Notes under the pieces: generated by a model | Database searches by the model: none | What the model saw: the letters and a program-made list of their open reading frames with translations, nothing else | What the model was told of the DNA's origin: nothing | Made by a program: the position numbers and the translations under genes | In this document: positions 46,274 to 55,021 of the stretch, piece after piece | Layout of the letters: each line of letters begins with the position of its first letter | Position numbering within the stretch: position 1 is the stretch's first letter | IMG/VR virus record: IMGVR_UViG_3300042366_001473 | Length of the DNA stretch: 64,000 bases | Source of the DNA: an uncultured virus (IMG/VR IMGVR_UViG_3300042366_001473) | Taxonomy: Duplodnaviria; Heunggongvirae; Uroviricota; Caudoviricetes | Direction: 5' to 3' (one strand)

Positions 46274-47025
46274 CGGCGTTCGATATCTTCTTCTACACAG
46301 TTTTCACCAAACTGAATTTCAATCAATTTGAGCGGCTGATCAGTTTCGTTGCACAGCATGTGCCACTGATTCTTTTTGATCCAGATATGCTCATGCACTC
46401 CAAAATGTCCAACAAGATCGTGATCACTAGAATTATCCAACGTGTAAACAGCAGCTTCGCCTTCGGCCACAAACCAAAACTCTGCACGTTGATCATGACG
46501 TTGCATGCTCAAACAGGTCTTGGGATTCACTGTGAGTTCTTTGAGTTTGGTATTGGCACCTACTTCATGCAACACACGATAGTATCCCCAGGCGCGGCTA
46601 GTCTTGGGCTTTTTCCAGTCTTCCAAGATCCAACTACTACTGTTCATTTTGTTCTCGCCGCCTACGCCAAACACAAACTCCACATCATCAAATACCATTT
46701 CAGGAATGTTGTCTTTAGTGCGATCACCACCGTTGGCAAACACAATTTGATCGTTAGGATAACGTGTTTTCAGCAGTCGAATAGCATCACAACTTGACCC
46801 ATCATCATCGTTATAAACAACAACTTCATCTACTATGCTTAATGCACTAACCAATGCAAAGCGTTCGCTCATGGGCATAAACGGTCGACCCTTTTTACGA
46901 GCAAGCCACTCGTCTGAGTTAAGGCCAACTACAAGTCGATCGCCTAGTTTTTTTGCTGACTGAAAGTAAGCAAGATGTCCAGAATGTATGGGGTCAAAGC
47001 CGCCGGTTACAAGTACAATTTTCAT
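46270..47025 (-). CDS. Cytidylyltransferase (RfaE/TagD-like) fused to a mannose-6-phosphate-isomerase-type cupin
   Basis: GGFDPIHSGH, GLNSD, FANGGDR, RAWGYY, LSMQRH..RAEFW, IEIQ.G...EEDIER. Confidence 0.9.
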   Translation of the reverse strand: MKIVLVTGGFDPIHSGHLAYFQSAKKLGDRLVVGLNSDEWLARKKGRPFMPMSERFALVSALSIVDEVVVYNDDDGSSCDAIRLLKTRYPNDQIVFANGGDRTKDNIPEMVFDDVEFVFGVGGENKMNSSSWILEDWKKPKTSRAWGYYRVLHEVGANTKLKELTVNPKTCLSMQRHDQRAEFWFVAEGEAAVYTLDNSSDHDLVGHFGVHEHIWIKKNQWHMLCNETDQPLKLIEIQFGENCVEEDIERR

Positions 47026-47050
47026 ACTGGTATTTACAGCACAAACTCAC

Positions 47051-47503
47051 TCACACTGTAATATCTTCCATGCCTGCGGCTCTGAGTCGAACCACATGCC
47101 CAGCCATCCACTGTTTGCTGTCCAGACCTTTCATGACACCCAGCCAACGATTTCGCAAGTATGCAACTTCATTGATAATGGTTTCGTAATCAATCACTTC
47201 GTCTTCGCCATCTACATATTTTTCAGCATCTCGACTGGTCAATGCTCGTGCATATCCTTCTAGATACTTTTGAAAATGGCGGCGGCGAATCTTTCTCAAC
47301 TGAATGTTGAGATAATTCAACACAGCTTCAATTTCTTGCAGTTGATTGAATCGATGTTCTGTGATACCCGGCAAAGCCGTGATATTTTTTTCCACTAGAC
47401 CACCAATCCTGCAATCACGTTTGGCATCATCGAGCTCTCGCTCGTAGTGCTGTATAAAATCAGGTATGTTACTGAGATCAGCAACTATTCGACTGTACCA
47501 CAT
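47051..47503 (-). CDS. uvsY: Recombination mediator UvsY-like
   Basis: Helical 150 aa with KYVDGE and C-terminal LRAAG; near RecA. Confidence 0.7.
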   Translation of the reverse strand: MWYSRIVADLSNIPDFIQHYERELDDAKRDCRIGGLVEKNITALPGITEHRFNQLQEIEAVLNYLNIQLRKIRRRHFQKYLEGYARALTSRDAEKYVDGEDEVIDYETIINEVAYLRNRWLGVMKGLDSKQWMAGHVVRLRAAGMEDITV

Positions 47504-47513
47504 CTTTGTTCAC

Positions 47514-48767
47514 TTATTTTGTTAGGTTCTGATCAAAAATTTCAATTAGCCAAGGAAAGGTGGTTTCCCAGCTGGTTCCTCGACGTCGATCTTTTTCGTT
47601 GAGAAATGTTTTTAGTTTACCAAGTTCTGTCAAATCAACTGTTGATTTTTCAAGTTCAGTTTGAATACCTTTCATGTATTCAATTGCAAGTTTTTGTTCA
47701 TCGGTGTGATTTGGGATGGCAGCAATGATTTTTTCAAAATCTTGTTTAAACACATCTTTTCCTGTGATTGCAGGCACCATGTACGTTGGCTGAGGAGAAA
47801 CAGTTGAAAAGAAATGTCCAACTGGTCTAATTTTTCTCCACTGTTCTAATCTGCTCAGCAGCTCGGGCATGGTCTTGATTGTTAGCACACTGATTGTTTG
47901 ATTGATGTTTAGTTTTATCCATTTTTTGCTCAGTAAAAATTCAAAGTTTTGTTGCCACTGTGCTAGATCCAACCCATAACGAACATATTCTTGTTCGGCT
48001 CCCCAACAGTCTATGCTGCATGTTATGTCGACCCTTTTGAGTTTTCGATTTATCAAAAGTTTTTTTAATTTCTCGCAAATCTCATTGAGCTTTTCTGTTC
48101 TAATTGCTAGATTTGTAACAATACCTAGTTCCAGGTCTGGATGTGCAGTCTCTTCAAAATAATCCAACAGTTGATAAAATTCTGTTTGATAAAAAGGTTC
48201 TCCACCCAACACATTGAATCGTTTTAGCCCAAGAGAATTAGATCTCATCCAGTTCCAGAATTTGTCAATCAACAAAGGAGTGTTGCTGATTTCTGCAGGC
48301 TCAATTACTACTCCATTGTTGTCAAACTTTCCAAATGCAATATTTTCTTGGTTTATCTTAGAACTCAAAATAGGCAGGCAATACAGACAGGCCAAATTAC
48401 AAGTATTGTTAAAAAAAACTTCCAGTATTGTGGGCACAACATTGATTGCGGTTGGATCTGTTTCCAATTCTATTGGACTCTGATTTGGCATGGTCAAGTG
48501 CAACATTCGATCGCTGAACCCGCCTGCTGTTTCAATTTTTCGGCAATAATCACAACTGTGTTCAGGCCATTTTCCGTCCAACATGTCTCGACGTTCTTGT
48601 AACTTTTTTTCAGTGTTGTGAAACTGATCAAAGTTCTCTGGATCAATATTTCCCCATCCAGTACGATGACACGATGCTGTTTCTCCTGAATAAAGATACA
48701 GCGTGCTCCAGTTCCATTTGAGTTGGCAAGCAGTGGCAGTACGGATTGGAAAATATTTGTCGGGCAT
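47514..48767 (-). CDS. Radical SAM protein with N-terminal Cys cluster
   Basis: CNLACLYC, LGGEPF, SID; N-terminal C...SCH...CDYC. Confidence 0.88.
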   Translation of the reverse strand: MPDKYFPIRTATACQLKWNWSTLYLYSGETASCHRTGWGNIDPENFDQFHNTEKKLQERRDMLDGKWPEHSCDYCRKIETAGGFSDRMLHLTMPNQSPIELETDPTAINVVPTILEVFFNNTCNLACLYCLPILSSKINQENIAFGKFDNNGVVIEPAEISNTPLLIDKFWNWMRSNSLGLKRFNVLGGEPFYQTEFYQLLDYFEETAHPDLELGIVTNLAIRTEKLNEICEKLKKLLINRKLKRVDITCSIDCWGAEQEYVRYGLDLAQWQQNFEFLLSKKWIKLNINQTISVLTIKTMPELLSRLEQWRKIRPVGHFFSTVSPQPTYMVPAITGKDVFKQDFEKIIAAIPNHTDEQKLAIEYMKGIQTELEKSTVDLTELGKLKTFLNEKDRRRGTSWETTFPWLIEIFDQNLTK

Positions 48768-49024
48768 TAATCTTCCCAGTCCAACTCTTCGTCTATGTTG
48801 TCTTCGTCATCCTCGTCATCAGCATAATCATTGTCGTTGTCAAGATATGCAGTAAGAGCACGTTTGATATCTAAATCACTCTTAAAAGCATTTTTAATGG
48901 CGTCAATGTCTGAATCATTGTCCATTAAAATTTGTACCACAGTTTCGGCTGCTTCTGCCCGGTCAACAGTGTTGACATAACGTTTGAGTTCTCCCCAAAT
49001 TTCTGATGCTATCAATTCGCTCAT
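48767..49024 (-). CDS. Small acidic-tailed protein
   Basis: 85 aa with D/E-rich C-terminus. Confidence 0.75.
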   Translation of the reverse strand: MSELIASEIWGELKRYVNTVDRAEAAETVVQILMDNDSDIDAIKNAFKSDLDIKRALTAYLDNDNDYADDEDDEDNIDEELDWED

Positions 49025-50538
49025 GTTTTAACTCCTTGGTTGATACTTACCGTGTCTTTATTGCCTTGATCAATAAATTGTGTAAGTGCGTGTATGTGTG
49101 ATCTAAGGCTTGCTAAATCTGCCCAAGATCCGGGGTATTTTAGATCTATAGAAAGTTTAACTACCTCAAGATACCGCCTAAATTTTTCCTTGACAGTAAA
49201 ATCTGGGTTTGACTGTACTTCAAAAAAATATGTATTGTCTTGCTCGTTGACAATTCCTATTTCGTGCTTCATGTCTGATATTGGTGTGTTTTTCAGCAAC
49301 ACAAATGGTTGATGCAAGGTCAATGCAATCACTGTTTCATCCATCAAGTACTTTTGATATTGACGAAGCATGGTCATTGTGTCGTGATGGTCTTGCAGAG
49401 TTTCAGTTGGATATCCAGTAAACATCAACAATGAATTTTTAATTTTGTACTTTGAACACATTGACAAATGATAGTCTATATCTGTATTGGAAAATTTCTT
49501 GCCCATGTGATTTCTTACTTGTTCACTGCCGCTTTCAATGCCTATCACAATATACTGACATCCTGATTCGTGCATCAACTTGTACATTTCTTCTTTGTGA
49601 TGCGCCTGACTGCGTATAATAAACTGACCAACATAACTGACACTTGCAAAAACTGGATCAGTTTTTCTCAACAAGGCCAATTGCGAAACCAATTCTGTGA
49701 ATTGTTTCAACGGACCGTTGATTAAACTGTCTGTGAAAAAAAACTGTTTGATTCCAGTTTCGTTGATGTGTTTTCGCATTTCTGAAATAACATTGTCGGC
49801 ACTTCGAAATCGAAATTTCTTCCAAAGGTGCCCGACATCACAAAATGTGCATCTACGAACACACCCTCGACTACATGTTATACTGATGGTATGGTCTAAG
49901 TCAATACCAGGAGAATAGTTATCAAAATTAATATTCTTGTACGTGGGAAAAACACAATCGTCTAAGTTGTCAATTTGAATGGCCCAAGTTTCAGGTGCAC
50001 CCGAGTAGTTGATGCCAAGCTCAAGACAACCTTTGAGAAATTGGTCGAGCACATGCTCGCCTTCTCCTAGTACATAGTAGTCAGTTAGACCTGCATCCAG
50101 CATCTGTTTACCGGCTGTTACTCCACTGGGCATTTCGTATGTAACACCTGGACCGCCGATAATCACTGTGGTATTGGTTTTCTTGCGAAGCGATATCAAA
50201 AACAATTTGGTGATTGCAATTTGCTGATAGCTGAAAACTGACATCAATATCAAATCACTGGATTGTGCTATTATTAGATCAACTGCTGTATCAATAGATT
50301 CAACAACAGGATCCAGTACTTCTTTGTCAGCAATATAATCCAACGAAGCAAAGATAGTGTATGCGCGATTCCATAATTCTTCCCCAATGCTGTTCTTGAT
50401 ATGTATGTTCAAGTCAAACAATTCGTGGCTCAACTGATTGACCTCGCACATACTTGACAAAAATGCAAGTGCAGGAGGCGGTTTGTTAATCGGCAACAGA
50501 CCCGACGCAATCAACGAAGCTTTTTCAAATTTTGACAT
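49021..50538 (-). CDS. B12-binding-type radical SAM protein
   Basis: IIGGPG, GEGE, SRGCVRRCTFC, GIESGS, GYPTET. Confidence 0.88.
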   Translation of the reverse strand: MSKFEKASLIASGLLPINKPPPALAFLSSMCEVNQLSHELFDLNIHIKNSIGEELWNRAYTIFASLDYIADKEVLDPVVESIDTAVDLIIAQSSDLILMSVFSYQQIAITKLFLISLRKKTNTTVIIGGPGVTYEMPSGVTAGKQMLDAGLTDYYVLGEGEHVLDQFLKGCLELGINYSGAPETWAIQIDNLDDCVFPTYKNINFDNYSPGIDLDHTISITCSRGCVRRCTFCDVGHLWKKFRFRSADNVISEMRKHINETGIKQFFFTDSLINGPLKQFTELVSQLALLRKTDPVFASVSYVGQFIIRSQAHHKEEMYKLMHESGCQYIVIGIESGSEQVRNHMGKKFSNTDIDYHLSMCSKYKIKNSLLMFTGYPTETLQDHHDTMTMLRQYQKYLMDETVIALTLHQPFVLLKNTPISDMKHEIGIVNEQDNTYFFEVQSNPDFTVKEKFRRYLEVVKLSIDLKYPGSWADLASLRSHIHALTQFIDQGNKDTVSINQGVKT

Positions 50539-51058
50539 TGGCTAATAGGTCTTCAAGCTCACGGAATCCGTCCATTAATGCCTGAGTCTTTTTAGGATGA
50601 TAGACTGACGTAGACCATTCGTCGTACTTATCGAACTCATAATAATCGTTAATTTTGCATTCAAGAATCCAATCAATAATTGGATAATTAAATTTCAAGG
50701 ACCACACTCCTGGTATACCCCATGTCAACGCCTGCGGCATAACAAGATTTCGTGCTGTATAAATTCCTTTGTACTTTACAAAATCAGGTACCTGAACATC
50801 ATCGATAAAAATAGATTCCAATGTTGCTAGTTGATCTTCAACAATGACGTCATTGACTACCATGGTATTCGATGATGATTTGCCATACAACTCTATGTCC
50901 AGTTGATGCTCTCCATCTAGCAGATCTACTGGCAATGTAATCAGTGCTGATCCACTGTTAAATTCATAGTCTTGCAGTAAATCATCGTCAATTGAGAATT
51001 TTAATTTAGGCCACCCGTTGCATTGTGTAGCCGTAAACAAAAGACTCAATCGATTCAT
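50525..51058 (-). CDS. Hypothetical protein coupled to the radical SAM gene
   Basis: 177-aa AT-rich ORF. Confidence 0.75.
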   Translation of the reverse strand: MNRLSLLFTATQCNGWPKLKFSIDDDLLQDYEFNSGSALITLPVDLLDGEHQLDIELYGKSSSNTMVVNDVIVEDQLATLESIFIDDVQVPDFVKYKGIYTARNLVMPQALTWGIPGVWSLKFNYPIIDWILECKINDYYEFDKYDEWSTSVYHPKKTQALMDGFRELEDLLANVKI

Positions 51059-52110
51059 TCTACATCGTCCTCAACTGCCGGGGATGCTTCTTTCTGATTG
51101 CCAAAGTCGGTCATCACTGTGTCAAGGCAACCGTCATCGTTGCGTTCCCAGCCCTTGCGGAACTTCTTGATGATCTCGCCCTGGCTTGTGGTAAACACCA
51201 GGCTGTTGCCTTCTTTTTTCAGTAGATTCTTTTTCTCAATCAAATCTGTAAGTCCTGAATACGGACTCATGCCTGTTGTGTAAGGAATCTTGACTTGCAC
51301 GCCTTCAAACGGTTTGGCATAGCGTGTTTTCATGACTTTGCAGCCTGCACGAATACCGTTGACTTCTGATACCTTGTTGCCGTCCTCGTCCTCTTTGAGT
51401 TTCATCTTTTTCATAGCAACCACAATACTGGACGCATAGATGAAACCTTGACCACCAGAGATTTTGTCATCGGGATCAAACATGTCTTGACTTGCGTATG
51501 TGTGGTTGGTACATACCAGGCCTACATTGTAGCTACCAAACATGTTGACACAGTTACGAACCAATGCAGTCAGTGCCTTGGGCTTGCGACCCAGATCACC
51601 TTTCATTTCACCAGCTTCGAACTGATTAACATCTGTGGGAGTCAACAACATGCCCAAGCTATCAATCACAAACAAGACCTTGGGACGCTCGCCGTCGGGT
51701 AAGCCCTTGTAGTCGCTCATGAATGTGGAAATAGTCTTGGCCACATCGTCGATCATGGCCATGCTGAGTTTGAGCAATTTGCTCTCTGATGTGTCTACAC
51801 CCAGGGCTTTGAGCCAGTCTTCGTCAAGAGCGTTTTCACTATCAATCAGCACCACAAAGATACCCTGTTCTTGTGCGTGTTTAACAATGTTGCCTGAACA
51901 AATGTAGCTTTTGCCTGCACCCGAGTCGCCAGCAAACACAGTGACCTTGCCCAAGGGAATGCCACGATTGAAGTCTCCTGAGATCAAGTAGTTCAAGGCA
52001 TAGTTGCCTGTGGAGATCCAGTCTGTGGGATCATTGAAGCCAATACTGAGGCCATCAATGCTTTTAGTAATTTCCTTACGGAATTTTGAAATGTCGAATG
52101 GTTTACCCAT
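51055..52110 (-). CDS. uvsX: RecA/UvsX recombinase
   Basis: ISTG, GDSGAGKS, IDSE, VIDSLG, NH, GG.GFIYAS, KTR. Confidence 0.93.
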   Translation of the reverse strand: MGKPFDISKFRKEITKSIDGLSIGFNDPTDWISTGNYALNYLISGDFNRGIPLGKVTVFAGDSGAGKSYICSGNIVKHAQEQGIFVVLIDSENALDEDWLKALGVDTSESKLLKLSMAMIDDVAKTISTFMSDYKGLPDGERPKVLFVIDSLGMLLTPTDVNQFEAGEMKGDLGRKPKALTALVRNCVNMFGSYNVGLVCTNHTYASQDMFDPDDKISGGQGFIYASSIVVAMKKMKLKEDEDGNKVSEVNGIRAGCKVMKTRYAKPFEGVQVKIPYTTGMSPYSGLTDLIEKKNLLKKEGNSLVFTTSQGEIIKKFRKGWERNDDGCLDTVMTDFGNQKEASPAVEDDVE

Positions 52111-52196
52111 GTTGTTTTTCCTTTGAAGTTTCTATTATATGATATTTTTTATGCCGGCACAAGAGATAGCACAAAATATATTTCCAAAAATTAAAA

Positions 52197-52829
52197 TTAT
52201 ACCTGATATGTCAATATTAATTTTACATTTCCATTGATAGGATCAACTGTTGACTTCTCTACTGATTTATAGACACACGAGATACCAATATTTTCTAAGT
52301 TTAATAATTGCAAGGTTAAAAAATCATCTACAGTAAATTTGAGTCTATCGTAGTAAAAATGCCAATCTGAGAAACTCAAAAATATTTTAGCCGACGGCTT
52401 GAGCCAGTTTATCAAAGACGGTTTGTATCCTGCCCTAGATATTCCAGGCGTACTCAACGCATCTGACAAGCTATGATGGTATTTCAATGCAATTGGATTA
52501 ATCATAATCAAACTATCAACCGAGTTCTCTATGTTTACACTATCATCAAAATACTGCATACCAGGCACATTAACAGGACATGGCTGATGTTCAATCACTG
52601 TTATGTTTGGGTTGAAGTCTTTGAAAAACATACCTCCGGAATTATAGACAACAATATTGCCGTCTGCTTCTTCTATAATTTTTTTTGACCACGGATCAAT
52701 GTATTTTTTTGTTTTGTGCCGATTTACAACAAATTCGTCCCACTTATATAGAGGTTGTTTCCACATTTTGTATTTTGCCACTATCGTTGGATTGCCGGCG
52801 CTGTCTATAGAATCCTTGGCTACTTCCAT
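52197..52829 (-). CDS. AT-rich hypothetical protein
   Basis: 210-aa ORF, part of a 3-gene insert between SSB and RecA. Confidence 0.7.
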   Translation of the reverse strand: MEVAKDSIDSAGNPTIVAKYKMWKQPLYKWDEFVVNRHKTKKYIDPWSKKIIEEADGNIVVYNSGGMFFKDFNPNITVIEHQPCPVNVPGMQYFDDSVNIENSVDSLIMINPIALKYHHSLSDALSTPGISRAGYKPSLINWLKPSAKIFLSFSDWHFYYDRLKFTVDDFLTLQLLNLENIGISCVYKSVEKSTVDPINGNVKLILTYQV

Positions 52830-53335
52830 AAAAAATACCTTATGTTTGGATGCACAAATATAAAATTTGAGCCTTCAATCAATACATTGTTTTTTGTCTT
52901 GTTGATCGGGAAGTCAGTCACTGAACTTAAATTTTCAAGTCGATTCACATAGCTCAGATTTTCAGAAAAGACCTGTGCAATATTTTCACTGTAACTTCCT
53001 TGTAAATCGTGTCTGACAACATTTGTATTCAAATAGTAACTTAGTACTGCAATATAACCACCAAATTTACTATCGTTGTATTTTTTTCTTACTAGCTTGA
53101 AGAATGTTTCTAATGGTAGCTTTCCTAATTCAATGTCGGTCAAAACAAAAAAATCAGAGTATTGATGTGCAGTAGTGCAAGGCATCAGCATTTCTTTTAA
53201 ACTTCGATGACAATACGATAAATCCAAAGTCCAGTTAGTTGATTTTAATCGGTTGGCCACAATTTCGTCTGGCTCAATGCAATTCCATCCTTGATTTTGT
53301 TGTTGTAATTTGTGCCAGTCGTGATATCGTTTCAT
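52820..53335 (-). CDS. AT-rich hypothetical protein
   Basis: 171-aa ORF. Confidence 0.7.
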   Translation of the reverse strand: MKRYHDWHKLQQQNQGWNCIEPDEIVANRLKSTNWTLDLSYCHRSLKEMLMPCTTAHQYSDFFVLTDIELGKLPLETFFKLVRKKYNDSKFGGYIAVLSYYLNTNVVRHDLQGSYSENIAQVFSENLSYVNRLENLSSVTDFPINKTKNNVLIEGSNFIFVHPNIRYFLWK

Positions 53336-53886
53336 GTGTATTTTTTAACGTTGTTTAGGATATCATCAATGCATGTCCGATTGTATTTTAGATTGTGATC
53401 TTGACAAAAAGTTGTCATAAATTGATCATCTTGCAACATCGAGAACGGCAACTTGATATCTGCATCTAGTATATTATTTTTTGCCCAATTTTGGTATTCA
53501 TATGTTACTATCTGGTCAATGGATATTTTAGATTGTAATTGCAACAATTTTTTGTTGCTTAATTGTTTACCGAGTCTACTTATATGAATATCGCAAACTC
53601 GTTTACCAATCCAAGATAGATCATCTAGAACTACTGAGATTACTTTGTGTTCTATGCCAAAATCAAATTGATATTGTCTGTGACACGATACTATTTTTGT
53701 TGGTTTTAGATTTGACAACAATTCTTTTTTTTGTAAATTGCTAGCATTATAAAAATCCAAGAACTTAAAATAATCGTACTTTGACATCTCAATGATGTCA
53801 TTTTTTCGTTGAACAAAACGACCACGAAACATTGCAACCAGGCTATCTCCGTAACTACAGGGATAGTAGTTCAAGAAGATAGCCAT
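53332..53886 (-). CDS. AT-rich hypothetical protein
   Basis: 184-aa ORF. Confidence 0.7.
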   Translation of the reverse strand: MAIFLNYYPCSYGDSLVAMFRGRFVQRKNDIIEMSKYDYFKFLDFYNASNLQKKELLSNLKPTKIVSCHRQYQFDFGIEHKVISVVLDDLSWIGKRVCDIHISRLGKQLSNKKLLQLQSKISIDQIVTYEYQNWAKNNILDADIKLPFSMLQDDQFMTTFCQDHNLKYNRTCIDDILNNVKKYT

Positions 53887-53894
53887 GATAATTA

Positions 53895-54881
53895 TTACTT
53901 CTGACGGCTGCGTATCATGGCCAAAATGTCTTCGGCCTTTTGATTCCCGCCTGCGGGCTTTACAACAGGCGCTGCTGCTGCAGGTGCGTCTTCCATGTCA
54001 AAAGGAGGATCTTCTGCTGCCACCGCAGGTGCTGTTGAGCGTGCCATAGGTGCAGGTGCTGCGGCTTCGTCTGTGCTGCCACCTTGAGGCGCGCCAACTC
54101 CGGCTGGGCGGAAGTACTGACCCCAACGCTCAGTGTCATAAGGCTGACCGTCAACTGATGCTTCAAACATTTCCTTCATTACCCTGAGCTCAACATCAGT
54201 TGGCTTCTTGGGCAAGAATGTGCTCAAATCAAACAAGCCGTGTGTGTCCACAGCAGATTGTTCTGCTTCGGTCAGGGCTGACTCTTTGCGAGCCCACTTG
54301 CTGGTTGAATAGTCTGCATAGCCGCCTTTGGAGGTCTTGCTGATACGGAAATCCAGGCCACGCATCATGTCAGTTGGCAATTCTTCCAGTTCAGGATCCA
54401 TCAATGCCGACTTGATAGTGGCAAACAATTGTGGACCAATGATGAACTTGCGAATTGGATTGTCTGGCGTCTTGTCATCGCCAATGGGGTTTTCACGCAC
54501 AAAACCTTGGAAAATGTAGCTACGCTTTTTCCAGTACTTGCGACCCATGTCTTCGAGACTCTTGTCTTTGAACCATGTGCGAACTTCTGCCAAGATTGGG
54601 CAGGCCTCGTTCCACATTTCCACGCATGGCACTTGAACCATGACTTGCTTTGAGTCCATTTCTCCTTTGACGCCGTTGAAAGGCAAACGAATCATTGCTC
54701 GTTCAATCCAAAAGAAAGTGTTTTTGCTGTTGCCGTCGGGAAGAAAACGCAGTGTGGCACTTTGGCCTTCTTCCATGTTCCAATGCGGGTAGATTGACTT
54801 GTCTCCGCCCCCGGTGGATTGCCCACCTTTGTTGTTTTCTGCTGCCTGTAGTCGTGCTCTGATTTCTGCTAATGATGCCAT
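53895..54881 (-). CDS. Single-stranded DNA-binding protein (T4 gp32-like)
   Basis: LRFLPD, C...CPI, YWKKRSY, G.DF.I.K, YADY.TSKW and acidic/Ala linker; SD AAGGAG. Confidence 0.88.
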   Translation of the reverse strand: MASLAEIRARLQAAENNKGGQSTGGGDKSIYPHWNMEEGQSATLRFLPDGNSKNTFFWIERAMIRLPFNGVKGEMDSKQVMVQVPCVEMWNEACPILAEVRTWFKDKSLEDMGRKYWKKRSYIFQGFVRENPIGDDKTPDNPIRKFIIGPQLFATIKSALMDPELEELPTDMMRGLDFRISKTSKGGYADYSTSKWARKESALTEAEQSAVDTHGLFDLSTFLPKKPTDVELRVMKEMFEASVDGQPYDTERWGQYFRPAGVGAPQGGSTDEAAAPAPMARSTAPAVAAEDPPFDMEDAPAAAAPVVKPAGGNQKAEDILAMIRSRQK

Positions 54882-54981
54882 AGTAATTTCTCCTTGTAAA
54901 GTTGCCTATGTGTGTTGCCTATCTAATTGCTTAGATCTTGTGTTGCCTGTGCCACAAAAGAAAAAGCGCAAACACAGTAGT

Positions 54982-55010
54982 AGTATATGCGCTTTTGTCT
55001 GCTGTGTCAA
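54982..55010 (-). promoter_or_regulatory. sigma70 promoter for SSB
   Basis: TTGACA-N17-TATACT; inverted repeat AAAAGCGCA/TGCGCTTTT straddles the -10 box. Confidence 0.7.
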
Positions 55011-55013
55011 TGT

Positions 55014-55021
55014 TATTTATA
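55014..55021 (-). promoter_or_regulatory. T4-type late promoter
   Basis: Exact TATAAATA. Confidence 0.55.
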
